NCBI GenBank assembly: GCA_017456765.1
Contig: JAFTIR010000039.1
Location: 93,832-157,831, forward strand
Source: Clostridia bacterium
GTDB lineage: Bacteria > Bacillota > Clostridia > Oscillospirales > CAG-382
Reading direction: 5' to 3'
Length of the DNA: 64,000 nt
The translations under genes were made by a program, and so were the position numbers. The notes under the pieces were generated by a model, which worked only from the letters and a program-made list of their open reading frames with translations, did no database searches and was not told where the DNA came from. The number at the start of each line of letters is the position of its first letter. The stretch's first letter is position 1. Shown here piece after piece: positions 18,064-28,916 of the stretch.

Positions 18064-20154
18064 ATGACAACATTGCAAATGCCGGTAACAAGGCTCTTCG
18101 GAGTAAGTACGGCAAGAGAAAAACTGTTCTCAAAACTTGGAATCAAAACGCTGTTTGATCTCGTATGCCATTTTCCTGCCGCCCATGAAAACAGAGGAAA
18201 CACAGTGTGTGTCGATGATGCAGAGAACGGTGAGTATGCCTCGCTTATTTTAGAGGTGATTACTCCCGTTACAAACACCCGTATTCAGTCGAAGGGTAAG
18301 CGCGCCATGACTGTTCAGAAGTTTGTGGCCGGAGATGAAACGGGTTCTGTCAAGATTACCTGTTTTAACAGAGAATTTCTCGGTCAGACGGTGAAGGTGG
18401 GCAAGAAATACCGTTTTTACGGCATAATAAATGGAATCGCGGGACTTTGCAGTATGACAAGTCCGACAATAGAACCTGCAGATAACAGAGAACTTCTGCC
18501 GCTTGTTCCAAAGTATCCTCTCACGGCAGGGCTTACATCAAATATCCTGTCTGCCTGCGTAAAACAGGCGCTTGAGATATGCAAAGACGATATAGATGAC
18601 TATTTGACAGAGGATGAGAGGAAAGAGTTTGACCTTGTCACATATTACGAGGCGCTCTGCGGTATCCATTTTCCCGACAATGAAGAAACACTCGTACGTG
18701 CAAAACGCAGACTTGCATTTGATGAACTGTATGCTTTTCAGTTAAATTCCATTCTCCTTGGAGAGAACGTAAAAAGCGGTTTGGCTTACAGAATTGATTA
18801 TCCCGAAATGTCGGAGTTTCTCTCGGCACTTCCTTTTGAAATGACAAGGGCGCAGAAAAAAACGCTCCATGAAATTCTTGTTGATATGAGCGGCGCAAGG
18901 AATCCTGATGAAAACACAAACCAAGAGTTTCTGCCTCCCGCAAGACGGCTTGTTCAAGGGGATGTGGGAAGCGGAAAAACCATAGTTGCGCTTGCGGCGA
19001 TGTACGCCGCCGCAAAGTCCGGTTATCAGTCCGCCCTTATGGTGCCTACGGGCATTCTTGCAAGACAGCATTATGAAGATGCAGGACGGCTTCTTTCAAA
19101 GTTTGGACTTCATGTGGCACTTCTTACGGGCGGCACAAAGACGGCTGAAAAGAAGCAGATACTTGCCGAGCTTAAATCGGGAGAAATTGACTGTCTTATC
19201 GGTACCCACGCACTCATCGAAGAAAATGTTGAATTCAAGAACATTGCTCTTGCAATCACAGATGAACAGCACCGCTTTGGTGTGGGACAAAGAAAAACAC
19301 TTGAAGAAAAGGGAGAAAACAAGATTTTTCCCCATACACTTGTAATGTCAGCAACACCCATTCCCAGAACCCTTGCCATGATACTCTACTGTGACCTTGA
19401 TATAAGCGTAATTGACGAGCTTCCTGCCGGTAGACAAAAGATTGATACTTTTGCAGTTGGCGAGGATTATCACGAAAGAGTGTATAAATTCATAAAAGAT
19501 AGAGTGGGCGAGGGAAGGCAAGCCTATGTTGTGTGTCCTCTTGCCGAGGAAAAGAACGCTGAGGGCGAGTATATACAAACGGCAAATTACGAAATGAAGT
19601 CGGCGAAAACGTTTTGCGAAAAGCTGAAAGAGGTAGAACTTAAAGGACTTAATGTTGAATATGTTCACGGCAGAATGAAGCAGAGCGAAAAGGACGAAAT
19701 AATGTCAAGGTTTGCCGACGGTGAAATAGATGTACTTGTATCCACAACCGTAATTGAGGTTGGCGTTAATGTGCCGAACAGCGTTGTCATGCTCATAGAA
19801 AACGCGGAACGCTTTGGGCTTTCGCAGCTTCATCAGCTAAGAGGACGTGTGGGAAGAGGAAAATATAAATCCTACTGCATACTTGTTTCTCCACTCATGA
19901 ATAAATCAAAGGACAGTGATTTTGCAAAGAGAGTGAAAATTCTCTGCGATACAAATGACGGCTTTGAAATTGCCAAATGTGACCTTGAGCTTCGCGGTCC
20001 TGGTGAATTTTTTGGCAAGCGTCAGCACGGAGCGCTTTGCTTCAGAATGGCAGATGCCATGTCGGATGTAAAGCTGTTAGAAAAAACAAAACAGTTGGCA
20101 ACACGCCATGCAAAAGAAAAACGCGAATTGGAGATTGGAAAAATTGGGTTATAA
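18064..20154 (+). CDS. recG: ATP-dependent DNA helicase RecG
   Basis: Walker [16 protein letters not shown] box, and [12 protein letters not shown]. The ATG at 18064 follows GGAGGTGGGG. Confidence 0.92.
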   Translation: MTTLQMPVTRLFGVSTAREKLFSKLGIKTLFDLVCHFPAAHENRGNTVCVDDAENGEYASLILEVITPVTNTRIQSKGKRAMTVQKFVAGDETGSVKITCFNREFLGQTVKVGKKYRFYGIINGIAGLCSMTSPTIEPADNRELLPLVPKYPLTAGLTSNILSACVKQALEICKDDIDDYLTEDERKEFDLVTYYEALCGIHFPDNEETLVRAKRRLAFDELYAFQLNSILLGENVKSGLAYRIDYPEMSEFLSALPFEMTRAQKKTLHEILVDMSGARNPDENTNQEFLPPARRLVQGDVGSGKTIVALAAMYAAAKSGYQSALMVPTGILARQHYEDAGRLLSKFGLHVALLTGGTKTAEKKQILAELKSGEIDCLIGTHALIEENVEFKNIALAITDEQHRFGVGQRKTLEEKGENKIFPHTLVMSATPIPRTLAMILYCDLDISVIDELPAGRQKIDTFAVGEDYHERVYKFIKDRVGEGRQAYVVCPLAEEKNAEGEYIQTANYEMKSAKTFCEKLKEVELKGLNVEYVHGRMKQSEKDEIMSRFADGEIDVLVSTTVIEVGVNVPNSVVMLIENAERFGLSQLHQLRGRVGRGKYKSYCILVSPLMNKSKDSDFAKRVKILCDTNDGFEIAKCDLELRGPGEFFGKRQHGALCFRMADAMSDVKLLEKTKQLATRHAKEKRELEIGKIGL

Positions 20155-22969
20155 ATCGCTTAAAATTACCGGTGCAAGAGTCCATAATCTCAAAAATGTG
20201 GATGTTGAAATACCAAGGGACAAGCTTGTGGTTTTAACAGGTCTTTCCGGCTCGGGTAAATCCTCACTTGCCTTTGATACAATCTATGCCGAGGGACACA
20301 GACGTTTTGTAGAGTCACTTTCGTCTTATGCAAGACAGTTCCTTGGGCAGCTTGATAAGCCTGACATTGATGGCATTGAGGGACTTTCTCCCGCTATATC
20401 CATCGACCAGAAAACAACAAGCAAAAACCCGCGTTCAACTGTGGGTACGGTTACAGAAATATATGACTATCTGCGACTTCTCTACGCGAGGGTCGGAACA
20501 CCTCACTGTCCTGTCTGTGGAAAAGTTATCGAGAAACAGTCGATAGATACAATTTTAGAAAAAATCCTGCATCTTCCCGAGGGAACAAAGTTTTATGTGC
20601 TTTCTCCTGTTGTAAGAGGCAAAAAAGGCACGCATGAAAAGCTTCTTTCCGACTGTCAGAAAAACGGTTATGTCAGAGCAAGAATCAACGGGGATATAAT
20701 GTCTCTTTCAGATAATATCGAGCTTGATAAAAACAAGAGACATAACATAGAAGTTGTGGTTGACAGACTTGTTATGAAAGAGGATATACGCTCGCGTCTC
20801 GCGGATTCCGTGGAGAGTGCATTCAAGCTGTCTGACGGACTTTGTATAATTGCCTTGCATGAAGGTGAATTTGAGGGAATGAGCGAAATGATGTTCTCTC
20901 AGAACTTTTCGTGTGCAGAACACGGTATAAGCCTCGGAGAGCTTGAACCGAGAATGTTTTCATTCAACAGTCCTTTTGGTGCGTGCCCTGACTGTGACGG
21001 ACTTGGTGAAAACTTTGTGCTCTCGCCTGATAAACTGTTCCCCGACATGTCAAAATCCTTGTCCGAAGGAGCTTGCGTATGTAATGGCTATAAGAGTGCA
21101 AAGGATGGCACATGGGGTGCAGAGGGGATAAACGCGGCACTTTCCGAGTTCGGATGTGATGTTAACACTCCCCTTGACAGAATGAGCAAAAAGGCAAGGG
21201 AGGTTCTTTTCTACGGAAAAGGCAACGAAAAAATCCGATACGGATACAGAGGATATAACCTCACTTTTATAGGTATAATCCGCGAAATTGAGAGAAGATA
21301 TAATCAAAATTATCAGACGGCGGAAATGAGGGCGTATTACGAACAGTTCATGGATACTGTTCCCTGTAACTCCTGTGAGGGCAGACGGCTCAAAATCGAA
21401 TCCCTGTCGGTTACAGTCGGAGGACTCAATATTTCTGAACTTTGTAATCTTTCGGTAGAAAAAGCGATAACCTTCTTTGAAAACCTCAAATTTGGCAAAA
21501 CAGAACAGGTCATTGCCAAGGAAATCCTAAAAGAAATACTTGCCCGACTCAGATTCCTTGAAAATGTGGGTCTTGGCTATCTTTCACTTTCACGCCGTTC
21601 CGGAACGCTTTCAGGCGGTGAGAGTCAGAGAATAAGACTTGCAACACAGATAGGTTCTTCGCTAATGGGCGTGCTTTATATCCTTGATGAACCGAGTATA
21701 GGACTTCATCAGAGAGACAACTCAAAGCTCATAGCAACACTCAAAAGCCTTCGCGATATAGGAAATACTGTTATTGTTGTCGAACACGATGAAGAAACAA
21801 TGCTTGAATCTGACTATATTGTTGATATCGGACCTGCAGCGGGCATTCACGGCGGACAGATTGTTGCCTGTGGAACGCCCAAACAAATAATGAATAATAA
21901 AAACTCAACAACAGGCGACTTTCTTTCGGGCAGACGCAAAATTTCAGTACCTGTCGAAAGAAGAAAAGGGAACGGAAATTATCTGAAAGTTCTGGGGGCG
22001 CAGGAGCATAACCTTAAGAATATAGATGTTTCATTTCCACTTGGAACCTTCACCTGCGTGACAGGTGTTTCGGGTTCGGGTAAATCCTCCCTTGTGAATT
22101 CCATTCTTCTGAACAGTCTCGCGAAAGAGCTTAACCGAGCATCGACAACGGCGGGAAAACACAGGAAAATAGAGGGAATTGAACACCTTGATAAGGTGAT
22201 CGCCATTGACCAGTCACCCATCGGAAGAACGCCCCGCTCAAACCCTGCAACGTATACAGGTTTATTTACTGATGTGCGCGCTCTTTTTGCTTCAACTCAA
22301 GGTGCAAAAATGAGAGGGTATAAGCAGGATAGATTCTCATTTAATCTTAAGGGCGGCAGATGTGAAGCCTGTGCCGGCGACGGAACACTTCTCGTCGAAA
22401 TGCACTTTTTGCCCGATGTTTATGTTACGTGTGATGTATGTAAGGGTAAGAGATACAATAAGGAAACCCTTGAAGTCAAGTATAAGGGAAAGAGCATATC
22501 CGATATTCTTGAAATGACCTGTGATGAGGGCAGAGAATTCTTTGAAAACATTCCTTCAATGCACAGAAAACTCAAAACGCTTTGTGATGTGGGGCTTGGT
22601 TATATCAAGATTGGTCAGTCCTCGACAACCCTTTCGGGCGGTGAAGCTCAGAGGGTAAAACTTGCAACCGAGCTTTCGCGAAAGAGTACAGGCAAGACAC
22701 TTTATATTCTTGATGAACCCACAACGGGACTTCATACGGCTGACGTTGAAAAACTTATTGATGTGTTGCAGAAGCTTGTGGATGCAGGTAACACAGTGAT
22801 TGTAATTGAACACAACCTTGACATGATAAAGAACGCTGATTTCATCATCGACCTTGGCCCTGAGGGCGGAGACGCAGGTGGAGAAGTTGTGTGTACAGGT
22901 ACACCTGAACAGGTTGCAGAATGTGAAAGCTCATATACAGGTGTGTATCTTAAAAAGACGCTTGAATAA
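20144..22969 (+). CDS. uvrA: excinuclease ABC subunit A
   Basis: [19 protein letters not shown] and [10 protein letters not shown] Walker A motifs. Zn modules CPVCG and CPDCDGLG, and two LSGGE signatures. The start is ambiguous: the TTG at 20144 lies 10 nt after GGAG and gives a canonical N-terminus, whereas the ATG at 20108 would overlap recG by 47 nt. Confidence 0.92.
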   Translation: MGYKSLKITGARVHNLKNVDVEIPRDKLVVLTGLSGSGKSSLAFDTIYAEGHRRFVESLSSYARQFLGQLDKPDIDGIEGLSPAISIDQKTTSKNPRSTVGTVTEIYDYLRLLYARVGTPHCPVCGKVIEKQSIDTILEKILHLPEGTKFYVLSPVVRGKKGTHEKLLSDCQKNGYVRARINGDIMSLSDNIELDKNKRHNIEVVVDRLVMKEDIRSRLADSVESAFKLSDGLCIIALHEGEFEGMSEMMFSQNFSCAEHGISLGELEPRMFSFNSPFGACPDCDGLGENFVLSPDKLFPDMSKSLSEGACVCNGYKSAKDGTWGAEGINAALSEFGCDVNTPLDRMSKKAREVLFYGKGNEKIRYGYRGYNLTFIGIIREIERRYNQNYQTAEMRAYYEQFMDTVPCNSCEGRRLKIESLSVTVGGLNISELCNLSVEKAITFFENLKFGKTEQVIAKEILKEILARLRFLENVGLGYLSLSRRSGTLSGGESQRIRLATQIGSSLMGVLYILDEPSIGLHQRDNSKLIATLKSLRDIGNTVIVVEHDEETMLESDYIVDIGPAAGIHGGQIVACGTPKQIMNNKNSTTGDFLSGRRKISVPVERRKGNGNYLKVLGAQEHNLKNIDVSFPLGTFTCVTGVSGSGKSSLVNSILLNSLAKELNRASTTAGKHRKIEGIEHLDKVIAIDQSPIGRTPRSNPATYTGLFTDVRALFASTQGAKMRGYKQDRFSFNLKGGRCEACAGDGTLLVEMHFLPDVYVTCDVCKGKRYNKETLEVKYKGKSISDILEMTCDEGREFFENIPSMHRKLKTLCDVGLGYIKIGQSSTTLSGGEAQRVKLATELSRKSTGKTLYILDEPTTGLHTADVEKLIDVLQKLVDAGNTVIVIEHNLDMIKNADFIIDLGPEGGDAGGEVVCTGTPEQVAECESSYTGVYLKKTLE

Positions 22970-23007
22970 ACTTCCTTGATGCAAAACACAGGAAAGGAAA
23001 ATGTAAA

Positions 23008-24930
23008 TTGATAATACTCAGTGCCTCTGATGTCAGTCTGTCGTTCGGCACGGATGTTGTGCTTGACAGAATATCTCTCGGCATACAGGAAAATGATAAA
23101 ATCGGAATAGTGGGAGTTAACGGAGCCGGCAAGAGCCTTTTTATGAAGATTCTTGCGGGACGTGTTGCGCAGAGCGAGGGTGATGTTTTTCTCGCAAAGG
23201 GAATGAACATCGGATACCTTGAGCAGAATACGGGACTTGATTCGGATAAAGAAATGTTCGAGGAAATGTGTAATGCTTTTCCAAAGCTCCTTGAGGCGGA
23301 AAAGCGACTTTCCGAGCTCGAACAGCTTATGAATGAATCGCATGATAGCGATAAGCACATGAGCCTTGCAAAGGAGTATACAACCCTTGAGGATGCTTTT
23401 AAACGCGAGGGCGGTTACGAATTCCGAAGCAGGATTTCGAGCATGCTTACGGGGCTCGGCTTTGAGAAGGAAACACATACAAGAACAATAAACACACTTT
23501 CGGGAGGACAGAAAACAAGACTTGCCATTGCAAGACTTCTGTTGTCCGAGCCCGATATACTTATGCTCGATGAGCCTACAAACCATTTGGACATTGAAAC
23601 GGTGGAATGGCTTGAAGAATATCTGAAAAACTATAAAAAGAGCCTTGTTGTTATTTCTCATGACAGATACTTTCTCGATAAGGTAACAAAAAAGACCTTT
23701 GAAATAGAAAACCATGAGGGCAAGCTTTATAATACTTCTTATACGGAATATGTAAAACAAAAGGAAATAGACAGAAAAATTGACCAGAAGCATTATGAGC
23801 TTCAGCAAAAAGAAATCGCAAGACTTGAGGCTTTCATTGAAAACCAACGACGTTGGAACAGGGAAAGAAATATCATTGCCGCCGAAAGCCGCATGAAAGC
23901 AATTGACCGCATGGAAAAGATTGAAAAGCCTAAGAATTTACCGTCAAACATACGCTTTCGTTTCCAGATGAGCGAAAACGGCAGATGCCCGGATAAAATG
24001 CTTGAGGTTACAGGTCTGTCAAAAGGATACCCGGGAAAACAGCTGTTTGAAAATGTGTCTTTCCTGCTTCATGGCAGGGATAAGATGTTCATTCTCGGAC
24101 AGAACGGTGTCGGAAAGTCAACCATGCTCAAGATACTTTGTGGCAAAGTGGGGCAGGATTTTGGTACATTTGAGTACGCAAGCGGTCTTGCTATAGGCTA
24201 CTACGACCAGGAGCATCAGGGACTTGACGGAAACAACACTGTTATCGATGAATTGTGGGATTGCTTCCCGAATAAAACACAGACCGAGATAAGAAGTGTT
24301 CTTGGGGGCTTTCTCTTTACAAGCGAGGATGTATTTAAAAAGATAGATGTGCTGTCGGGCGGAGAAAAGGCAAGGCTTACCTTTGCAAAGCTTATGCTTG
24401 AAAAGAGCGACCTGCTCATTCTCGACGAGCCGACCAACCATCTTGATACACCAAGCAGAGAAGTGCTTGAAAACGCTCTTAGTGAATATGACGGAACAGT
24501 TCTTTGCGTATCCCATGACCGATATTTCGTCAAAAAGCTTGCCAGCCGTATTTTTGAGATGCGCGAGGATGGCACATTTGACTTTAAAGGCGGATATGAG
24601 GACTTTTGTTCATACAAAGATAAGAAAAAGGGCACAGAAAACGAGAAGACGCCGGGGCAGGGAAGTGTAACCAATTCACAAATTGATTACGAGAAATCCA
24701 AAGAATTGAAAAACCGACGCAAGAGTGCCGAGAGAAAACTTGCTGAAACCGAAAAGAAAATATCTGAAACTGAATCAAAAATCGAAGAAAACCAGAAAAA
24801 ACAGGAAGAATGTGCCTCGGATTATGAGCAGATTTCAAAACTGTTTTCTGAGCTCTCTGAACTGAATGATACCCTTGAGCGCTTATATGAAACGTGGGAT
24901 GAGCTTCAGACTATTCTTGATGAAAAATAA
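23008..24930 (+). CDS. ABC-F family ATPase (translation-factor type; no membrane domain)
   Basis: Two NBDs (GVNGAGKS / LSGGQKTRLAIARLL and GQNGVGKST / LSGGEKARLTFAKLM), an inter-domain linker and a charged coiled-coil C-terminus. TTG start after GGAAAGGAAA. Confidence 0.9.
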   Translation: MIILSASDVSLSFGTDVVLDRISLGIQENDKIGIVGVNGAGKSLFMKILAGRVAQSEGDVFLAKGMNIGYLEQNTGLDSDKEMFEEMCNAFPKLLEAEKRLSELEQLMNESHDSDKHMSLAKEYTTLEDAFKREGGYEFRSRISSMLTGLGFEKETHTRTINTLSGGQKTRLAIARLLLSEPDILMLDEPTNHLDIETVEWLEEYLKNYKKSLVVISHDRYFLDKVTKKTFEIENHEGKLYNTSYTEYVKQKEIDRKIDQKHYELQQKEIARLEAFIENQRRWNRERNIIAAESRMKAIDRMEKIEKPKNLPSNIRFRFQMSENGRCPDKMLEVTGLSKGYPGKQLFENVSFLLHGRDKMFILGQNGVGKSTMLKILCGKVGQDFGTFEYASGLAIGYYDQEHQGLDGNNTVIDELWDCFPNKTQTEIRSVLGGFLFTSEDVFKKIDVLSGGEKARLTFAKLMLEKSDLLILDEPTNHLDTPSREVLENALSEYDGTVLCVSHDRYFVKKLASRIFEMREDGTFDFKGGYEDFCSYKDKKKGTENEKTPGQGSVTNSQIDYEKSKELKNRRKSAERKLAETEKKISETESKIEENQKKQEECASDYEQISKLFSELSELNDTLERLYETWDELQTILDEK

Positions 24931-24955
24931 TAAATTAGCGAAAAAACAAAAAAAT

Positions 24956-24998
24956 GACCATAAACGAACAAAAAAACGTTTATGGTCAAATTTTTTTT
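24956..24998 (+). terminator. intrinsic terminator after the ABC-F gene
   Basis: GACCATAAACG / CGTTTATGGTC stem followed by AAATTTTTTTT. Confidence 0.8.
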
Positions 24999-25389
24999 GA
25001 CGTAGAAAAAACGCCGAAGTTTTTGTGCAAAATTGACAATCGGGATTTTAATAAATCAATAAAAATGCCACAAAAACTTAACATTTTGCAAAAAAATCGT
25101 GGATATTATAAATTCAAAGTGATAATTTAACTGGATAATCGAATTGAATTTATCGTGCTGAAATTTGCTATAAAATGTACTGGCTTTACATAAAAAACGA
25201 CGTAAATACGTGGATTTTTGCTGGTTGTGTTTTGCTTGATGGCTGACTGTAAAATAAAGTTAATCTAATGAATTTGTTAAAAATACAAATACGATAAAAT
25301 TTATATGTATCATTGAGCTGCAAAAATAATTGTAAAAATTTTGCATTTCAGCCCCCGCGCCACCCTTTATTTGAAGACTTTGGCAGCTA

Positions 25390-25418
25390 TTGACAAACCT
25401 TTTTTGCGTTGATATACT
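25390..25418 (+). promoter_or_regulatory. sigma-A-type promoter of the seven-gene transporter operon
   Basis: TTGACA (25390..25395), a 17-nt spacer, then TATACT (25413..25418). This leaves a leader of roughly 160 nt before the ATG at 25587. Confidence 0.55.
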
Positions 25419-25586
25419 ATAACCATGTAATTGGGTGCTTTTTGCCCTTTTTTAGTGTTGTCTGTGTGAAATCCCTGTGAGCATACGGTGATAAGTCGGC
25501 TTGCTGTGGATGAAGCATATATAATATGAAGAAAAAAGTGCGGAAAGACCTGTACCGAGCAATTCTCATCAGAGGAGGAAATAGCA

Positions 25587-28500
25587 ATGATGATTGCAAA
25601 AAACAAAAGCAGACTTGTTGTACTTTTACTTGTGACGAGTATGCTTCTCCAGCTTTTTGGTTCGGTCGTGATGTTTGCAGCTCCTGTTTCACAACAAAAG
25701 CTTGAAAACTCAACTACCGCACACTCGCTGGATGCTATGGCAGAGCTCATGGTTTCCACTACATACAGTGAATACCTTGCGCTTAATGATGAAATCCCCG
25801 ATGCCACTGAAAATCTTATGATTTTGGCGACTGACTACTACATCCCCGAGATTGTAGATGAGGAAACAGCCGAAAAAGTCAAGGATTATGCAAATGTATC
25901 TGTTGTTACAGATGAGGAAGCAGGGGAAGTTATTTATACACCCGGTTCGGGCAAGGTTTCCTTTAAGGTAGATGTTCCCGAAACAGCGATGTATACAATC
26001 AAGATAAAGTATCGTCCCCTTGTTGGAAGCTGGGATGACACTCGTACTGACGATGACAGCCACGGCTCCAATATCGAACGTATTCTTCTTATTGATGATA
26101 TAGTTCCTTATAAGGAAGCTCGTACTCTTAATTTCTCCCGTTTTTGGGCAGATAACTACGAGAAGAATTTCAAGGATAAGGGCGTTTTCGGCAAGGACGG
26201 CAGATATAATTTCAGACTTGATGTAAACAACAATGAAATGCGTCCTACAAAGGCCGAGGCTCCCGAGTGGGTTGAAACTTATATCACCGACTCTGAAACC
26301 TTCTACGATGAACCTTTGAAGTTCATGCTTGAAAAGGGCGAACGCGTTATCACGTTTGAGGCGGCTTGTGAGCCTATGGCTATTGCATGGCTTGAAGTCG
26401 GATACGCTGAGGAGATTCTTTCCTATAAAGACTATCTCAAGATGTACGCTGACAAAAAGGCACCTAAGAATGCTGAAGCAATAATGATTCACGCTGAAAC
26501 ACCCTATCAGACAAGTGAGCAGGTTATCTATGCGATGAATGACAGAACCAGCGGTATTACATATCCTCAGGATCCTGCGGCTTCTCTTCTTAACACAATC
26601 GGCGGTAACGGCGGTGACAAGTGGAAGAGCCCCGGACAGTGGATAAAGTACAAGATTACAGTTAAAGAATCCGGCTGGTATGATATTGTTCCCAGATTCA
26701 AGCAGACTATAAACCAGGGTCTTTTCTCATCCCGTTCTTTGAAGATTGACGGTGAGTATCCTTTCCTTGAAGCGAAGAACATTCAGTTTAAGTATGGCGA
26801 TGACTGGCAGGTTCAGAGACTTGGTGACGGTAGTCAGGAATTCAAGTTCTACCTCACAGAAGGTGAACACACTCTTGAATTCAAGGCTGTTCTCGGTGAT
26901 ATGGCGGACGTTCTTGGTGAAATTGAAAGTATCCAGACAACGCTTAACGACTACTACAGACAGATCCTTATGATCACCGGTTCCGAACCTGATGATTATA
27001 CGGACTATGAATTTTCCAAGCTCATTCCCAGTGTAATCACCGGTATGAAGCAGGAAAAGAAAAACCTTGACAAAGTTTCCAAAGAATTGGAAAAGAAGAT
27101 TGGTACAAAGGGTGAAAACACAGTAATCCTTGACAGAATTTCTTTCCTTCTTGACGAAATGAGTAAGGATGAAAATAAAATAGCGGCAAACCTCGGTAAC
27201 CTCAAGAGTTACATCGGTTCTCTCGGTACATGGCTTCTCAGCACAAAATCACAGCCTCTCCAGCTTGACTATATTCTCGTTCAGCCGGCAGGAAGTGAAC
27301 TTCCCAAGGCTAATGCCAACTTCTTTGAATCTATGGGACACGAGTTCAAGTCATTCATTATGTCTTTCTTTACAGACTATAACTCTATAGGTTCTGCAAG
27401 AAAGATTGAAGCGGACGACCCCAATGCGGTTGAAGTTTGGATTACAACAGGCCGTGACCAGGCTACAATCATGAGACAGATGGTTGATGATTCTTTCAAT
27501 AACGAAAACATTGCTGTCAACCTCAAGCTCATCGCGGCAGGTACGCTTCTTCCTGCGACACTTGCCGGTGTTGGTCCTGACGTTTCAATGGACGGTGACC
27601 CTAACGGTTATGGTATCAGAAATGCGGTTATCCCGCTTAACTATTTCCAGGATGAAACCGTTGCCAAGATCAATGAGCGTATAACTCTACCTAATAAGAA
27701 TAAGGTACTCACATATGATGAAGTAAAGAAAACATACTTCAGAGATAACGATGAGCTTTTTGTTCCTCTTACAATTCTTGACCCGGACAGAGTTGAGTAC
27801 GAAAAAGACGGTAAGACATACAAGGTAGTCGACGGTGTCGAAAGAAACGGTAGTGTTTCCTACGGTCTTCCCTATACTATAGACTTCCCGATGCTCTTCT
27901 ACAGAAAAGATATTTTTGTAGACCTCGGACTTGAAGTTCCCGAAACATGGGATGACGTTGAGGCGATCATCAGAGCGCTTTCCGAAAACCAGATGGAAAT
28001 GGGCTTTTCACAGGCAATGACTCAGATTTATATGTACCAGTCAGGTGTTGAATGGTTTGAGTCGGCGGAAAACTATCTTGATTATTATGAAAATCCTGAA
28101 GAAATTACTCGTGACAGCAGAGAGTATCTGAGAACTGTAGGTATTGCATCAAACCTTGACTCCAACGGTGCACTTGATGCATTCCAGAGAATGACAGAAT
28201 GGTTCACACTTTACGGAGAACCTGTTTCGTTCGACTTTGCAAACAGATTCAGAACAGGTGAAATGCCTATTGCTATTGCGGCTTATTCAACATATAATCA
28301 GCTTAAGGTGTTTGCTCCGGAAATCGCAGGTCTCTGGGAATTCGTACAGCTTCCCGGTGTTAAGAGAGTTGATGATGAAGGTAACGAATATATCGACCAT
28401 TCAACCCCCGGTACACCTACTGCGGTTATGATGATGAAGGATGCGGCTGATGATATCGGAAGCGGACAGGATGTTACCGATTCCAAGAAGGCGCAGAACG

Positions 28501-28883
28501 CATGGGCATATCTCCAGTGGTGGGTATCCAAGGATACACAGGAAAGATTCGGTCAGGAGCAGGTAGCCCTCATGGGTACAGCTGCTAAGTATAATACAGC
28601 AAACGTTGATGCTCTTCTCGGTCAGTCCTGGACAGCACAGGAAAAGAAGAACCTCGAGCAGCAGTTTGCATCACTCAAGGGAACTCCGATGTCCCCCGGT
28701 AACTACATTGTTGCAAGATATACAAACTTCGCATTCTATAATGTAATAAATGACGGTGAAGTTCCGGCGGAAGCATTGCGTGGCTATGTTGATGATATTG
28801 ACCACGAGCTTTCGAGAAAGAGAGCAGAGTACGGCTTCCTTACCAAGGAAGAATACTTTGAAGAACTCGGGATAGAGAGATAA
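25587..28883 (+). CDS. secreted 1098-aa chimeric extracellular solute-binding protein with a long N-terminal beta-sandwich/CBM-like and helical extension
   Basis: Signal peptide KSRLVVLLLVTSMLLQLFGSVVMFAAP. Two CBM-like segments (AMYTIKIKYRP and SGWYDIVPRFKQ). The C-terminal ~450 aa has family-1 SBP features (VEVWITTGRDQ, LAGVGPDV, FPMLFYRKDIFVDLGLEVPETWDDV). AGGAGG SD. Confidence 0.8.
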   Translation: MMIAKNKSRLVVLLLVTSMLLQLFGSVVMFAAPVSQQKLENSTTAHSLDAMAELMVSTTYSEYLALNDEIPDATENLMILATDYYIPEIVDEETAEKVKDYANVSVVTDEEAGEVIYTPGSGKVSFKVDVPETAMYTIKIKYRPLVGSWDDTRTDDDSHGSNIERILLIDDIVPYKEARTLNFSRFWADNYEKNFKDKGVFGKDGRYNFRLDVNNNEMRPTKAEAPEWVETYITDSETFYDEPLKFMLEKGERVITFEAACEPMAIAWLEVGYAEEILSYKDYLKMYADKKAPKNAEAIMIHAETPYQTSEQVIYAMNDRTSGITYPQDPAASLLNTIGGNGGDKWKSPGQWIKYKITVKESGWYDIVPRFKQTINQGLFSSRSLKIDGEYPFLEAKNIQFKYGDDWQVQRLGDGSQEFKFYLTEGEHTLEFKAVLGDMADVLGEIESIQTTLNDYYRQILMITGSEPDDYTDYEFSKLIPSVITGMKQEKKNLDKVSKELEKKIGTKGENTVILDRISFLLDEMSKDENKIAANLGNLKSYIGSLGTWLLSTKSQPLQLDYILVQPAGSELPKANANFFESMGHEFKSFIMSFFTDYNSIGSARKIEADDPNAVEVWITTGRDQATIMRQMVDDSFNNENIAVNLKLIAAGTLLPATLAGVGPDVSMDGDPNGYGIRNAVIPLNYFQDETVAKINERITLPNKNKVLTYDEVKKTYFRDNDELFVPLTILDPDRVEYEKDGKTYKVVDGVERNGSVSYGLPYTIDFPMLFYRKDIFVDLGLEVPETWDDVEAIIRALSENQMEMGFSQAMTQIYMYQSGVEWFESAENYLDYYENPEEITRDSREYLRTVGIASNLDSNGALDAFQRMTEWFTLYGEPVSFDFANRFRTGEMPIAIAAYSTYNQLKVFAPEIAGLWEFVQLPGVKRVDDEGNEYIDHSTPGTPTAVMMMKDAADDIGSGQDVTDSKKAQNAWAYLQWWVSKDTQERFGQEQVALMGTAAKYNTANVDALLGQSWTAQEKKNLEQQFASLKGTPMSPGNYIVARYTNFAFYNVINDGEVPAEALRGYVDDIDHELSRKRAEYGFLTKEEYFEELGIER

Positions 28884-28916
28884 TCCCAGCAAAGAAATTA
28901 TTAAGGAGTGAAATAA

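Noticed and set aside
20108-20143. ATG at 20108 as the uvrA start
   Set aside because: It would add about 12 residues not seen at canonical UvrA N-termini and overlap recG by 47 nt. The TTG at 20144 has a GGAG at suitable spacing. This cannot be settled without proteomics, so the ambiguity is recorded in the feature.
22732-23847. 371-aa ORF on the minus strand spanning the uvrA end and the ABC-F start
   Set aside because: It is antisense to two genes with unmistakable ABC motifs. The translation is low-complexity (F/L/K/C-rich) with no motif and no SD, so it is a typical shadow ORF.
24999-25586. Possibility that the long intergenic region is an invertible promoter (inverton)
   Set aside because: I compared about 100 nt on each side of the 25390..25418 promoter on both strands and found no flanking inverted repeats of useful length. 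No recombinase gene is nearby.
25526-25705. 59-aa Cys-rich ORF (MKKKVRKDLYRAILIRGGNSNDDCKKQKQTCCTFTCDEYASPAFWFGRDVCSSCFTTKA) in the operon leader, overlapping the SBP start out of frame
   Set aside because: It has no Shine-Dalgarno sequence. It overlaps the well-supported ATG at 25587, which has an AGGAGG SD and a signal-peptide frame. Its Cys content follows from reading the TGT/TGC-rich alternative frame. It would only be worth revisiting if ribosome profiling shows initiation at 25526.
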